Of a DNA stretch of 64,000 bases, positions 62,601 through 64,000 are shown piece by piece; position 1 is the first letter of the stretch, and each line of letters begins with the position of its first letter. A model generated the notes under the pieces. It worked only from the letters and a program-made list of their open reading frames with translations, had not been told where the DNA came from and ran no database searches. A program made the translations under genes and the position numbers. Location: NCBI GenBank assembly GCA_008632985.1, contig QPGO01000083.1, positions 161,075 to 225,074 of the forward strand. The letters run 5' to 3'. Source of the stretch: Psammoneis japonica. Taxonomy: Eukaryota.

Positions 62601-63390
62601 CTCAAAATTCTTGTTGGAAGACACTCTGGATCTGCTTTAGAGACTTGACACAATGACTCATTTGTCCTGTCATTCACCCTCTTAATTTGTTGCATTGGCC
62701 AACAACTGGGGTGAGTGAGTCACATTTTCCAGGTCACAAACTGCAGCACAGCCAAAAGAAGCAATCTGTGCCTTTGGAACCATCATGATGCACTGGTCTG
62801 CCAAACAAAACTCCGCATCACCACCCAAAGATGGGGGGAGAACTCTTGTCAAAAGTGTGCAATGATGTGTTTGATCTGTTGAGAGCTTGCCCAGCTTAAG
62901 ACATCACAGCTCCAAGTTGCCACATTTGTTGTGAACTCTTCCTGATGCTGTGTCTGTGGCTTGGCTTCGTTGTTGAATTGCCGTGGCCATCGCACTTCAG
63001 AAATGACACTTGACAAGAAAAAGTGTCTCTGGGACACCTCACGACAACGGAGACCCTGCAGAACAAAAGAACAATGCAGAAAGAGAAAACACATGCAAGT
63101 TGGATGGTNNNNNNNNNNNNNNNNNNNNNNNNNNNNNNNNNNNNNNNNNNNNNNNNNNNNNNNNNNNNNNNNNNNNNNNNNNNNNNNNNNNNNNNNNNNN
63201 NNNNNNNNNNNNNNNNNNNNNNNNNNNNNNNNNNNNNNNNNNNNNNNNNNNNNNNNNNNNNNNNNNNNNNNNNNNNNNNNNNNNNNNNNNNNNNNNNNNN
63301 NNNNNNNNNNNNNNNNNNNNNNNNNNNNNNNNNNNNNNNNNNNNNNNNNNNNNNNNNNNNNNNNNNNNNNNNNNNNNNNNNNNNNNNNNN

Positions 63391-63425
<35 letters not shown>

Positions 63426-64000
63426 GCCTCAATGAAACACACAGCATGAGTGCATGAATGTGGCAATGCATGAGGTCGGTTGTGATGCAACAAAAGCAAT
63501 GTTGACAATGCGAACCTCCAGCAAGAATTTTCACCATCAGCTGCCCACATGAACCTGTGCGCTCTCAAGCTTGTCACACACCTTGTGCTGTGGCGTGCGA
63601 TGTTCCGTTGAGAGTGCACTGCAAAGTGCCTCAGAAACAACCACATTTTTGAAATCGGCAAAACGCCATTGTTCGTGTCATTTTGCGTGTTGTTTTGCGT
63701 TGAGAGCCAGAAAACACTCCCAAAATCTGTTCTGCAGGAAAAATGCACTGAACCCTCACAGATTTGGGTTGCACCAGGCCACGTGGAAAATGAGCGGGCC
63801 GAGAACTGTGGCGCACCCACTCAAATTTTATGCACATGAAGCTCACCAGTGTCTGAGCATTTTCTTTCTTCCGAATGCTGGGGAGTGGATGACAGTGACA
63901 TGTCTCGCTCAGAATCTTTTGTCATCACAAGAAAACCAGATCTGTGTTTAAAGTGCTGTCACTCCATTGCCAGCCAGGCCGGCACCGGCCGCCAACCCAC
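59660..64000. other. Further TpA/CpG-depleted decayed repeat block containing an assembly gap (N, 63109-63390)
   Basis: TG/CA-rich composition with Tyr-free spurious ORFs and a run of N. Confidence 0.65.
63391..63423. repeat. (AC)n microsatellite abutting the gap
   Basis: About 16 AC units directly after the N run. Confidence 0.95.

Noticed and set aside
63391..63423. (AC)n derived from (AT)n by TA>CA
   Set aside because: Untestable here. AC microsatellites are common and the tract abuts a gap.

Overview
Eukaryotic DNA, most likely from a diatom (short GT-AG introns, CoDi-like Copia, Ngaro/DIRS-type RT). About nine host genes of ordinary composition alternate with large, nested transposon-rich blocks. 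The genes are an LRR-TM protein, YaaA/UPF0246, a carnitine/choline acyltransferase, a DUF2470/TMEM254-like protein, a GT49 glycosyltransferase, a disrupted methyltransferase, a P-loop ATPase, an FG-GAP membrane protein and a GRDP/DUF1399-like protein. The main signal is repeat-restricted hypermutation of TpA to TpG or CpA (A>G on either strand), on top of CpG decay, which is the opposite direction to fungal RIP. The two 176-bp LTRs of one Copia differ at 21 sites: all 18 TpA of the 5' LTR are absent from the 3' LTR (16 TG, 2 CA). Conserved Tyr in the transposon proteins reads as Cys or His (YVDD>HVDD). Genes and gene-adjacent TE ends are spared. A nested TE cluster was also resolved: a Helentron-like non-autonomous element is split by the Copia (4-bp TSD) and by an 8.65-kb tandem/inverted array of a Merlin-like TIR element (8-bp TSD). 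All counts and alignments were done by eye.
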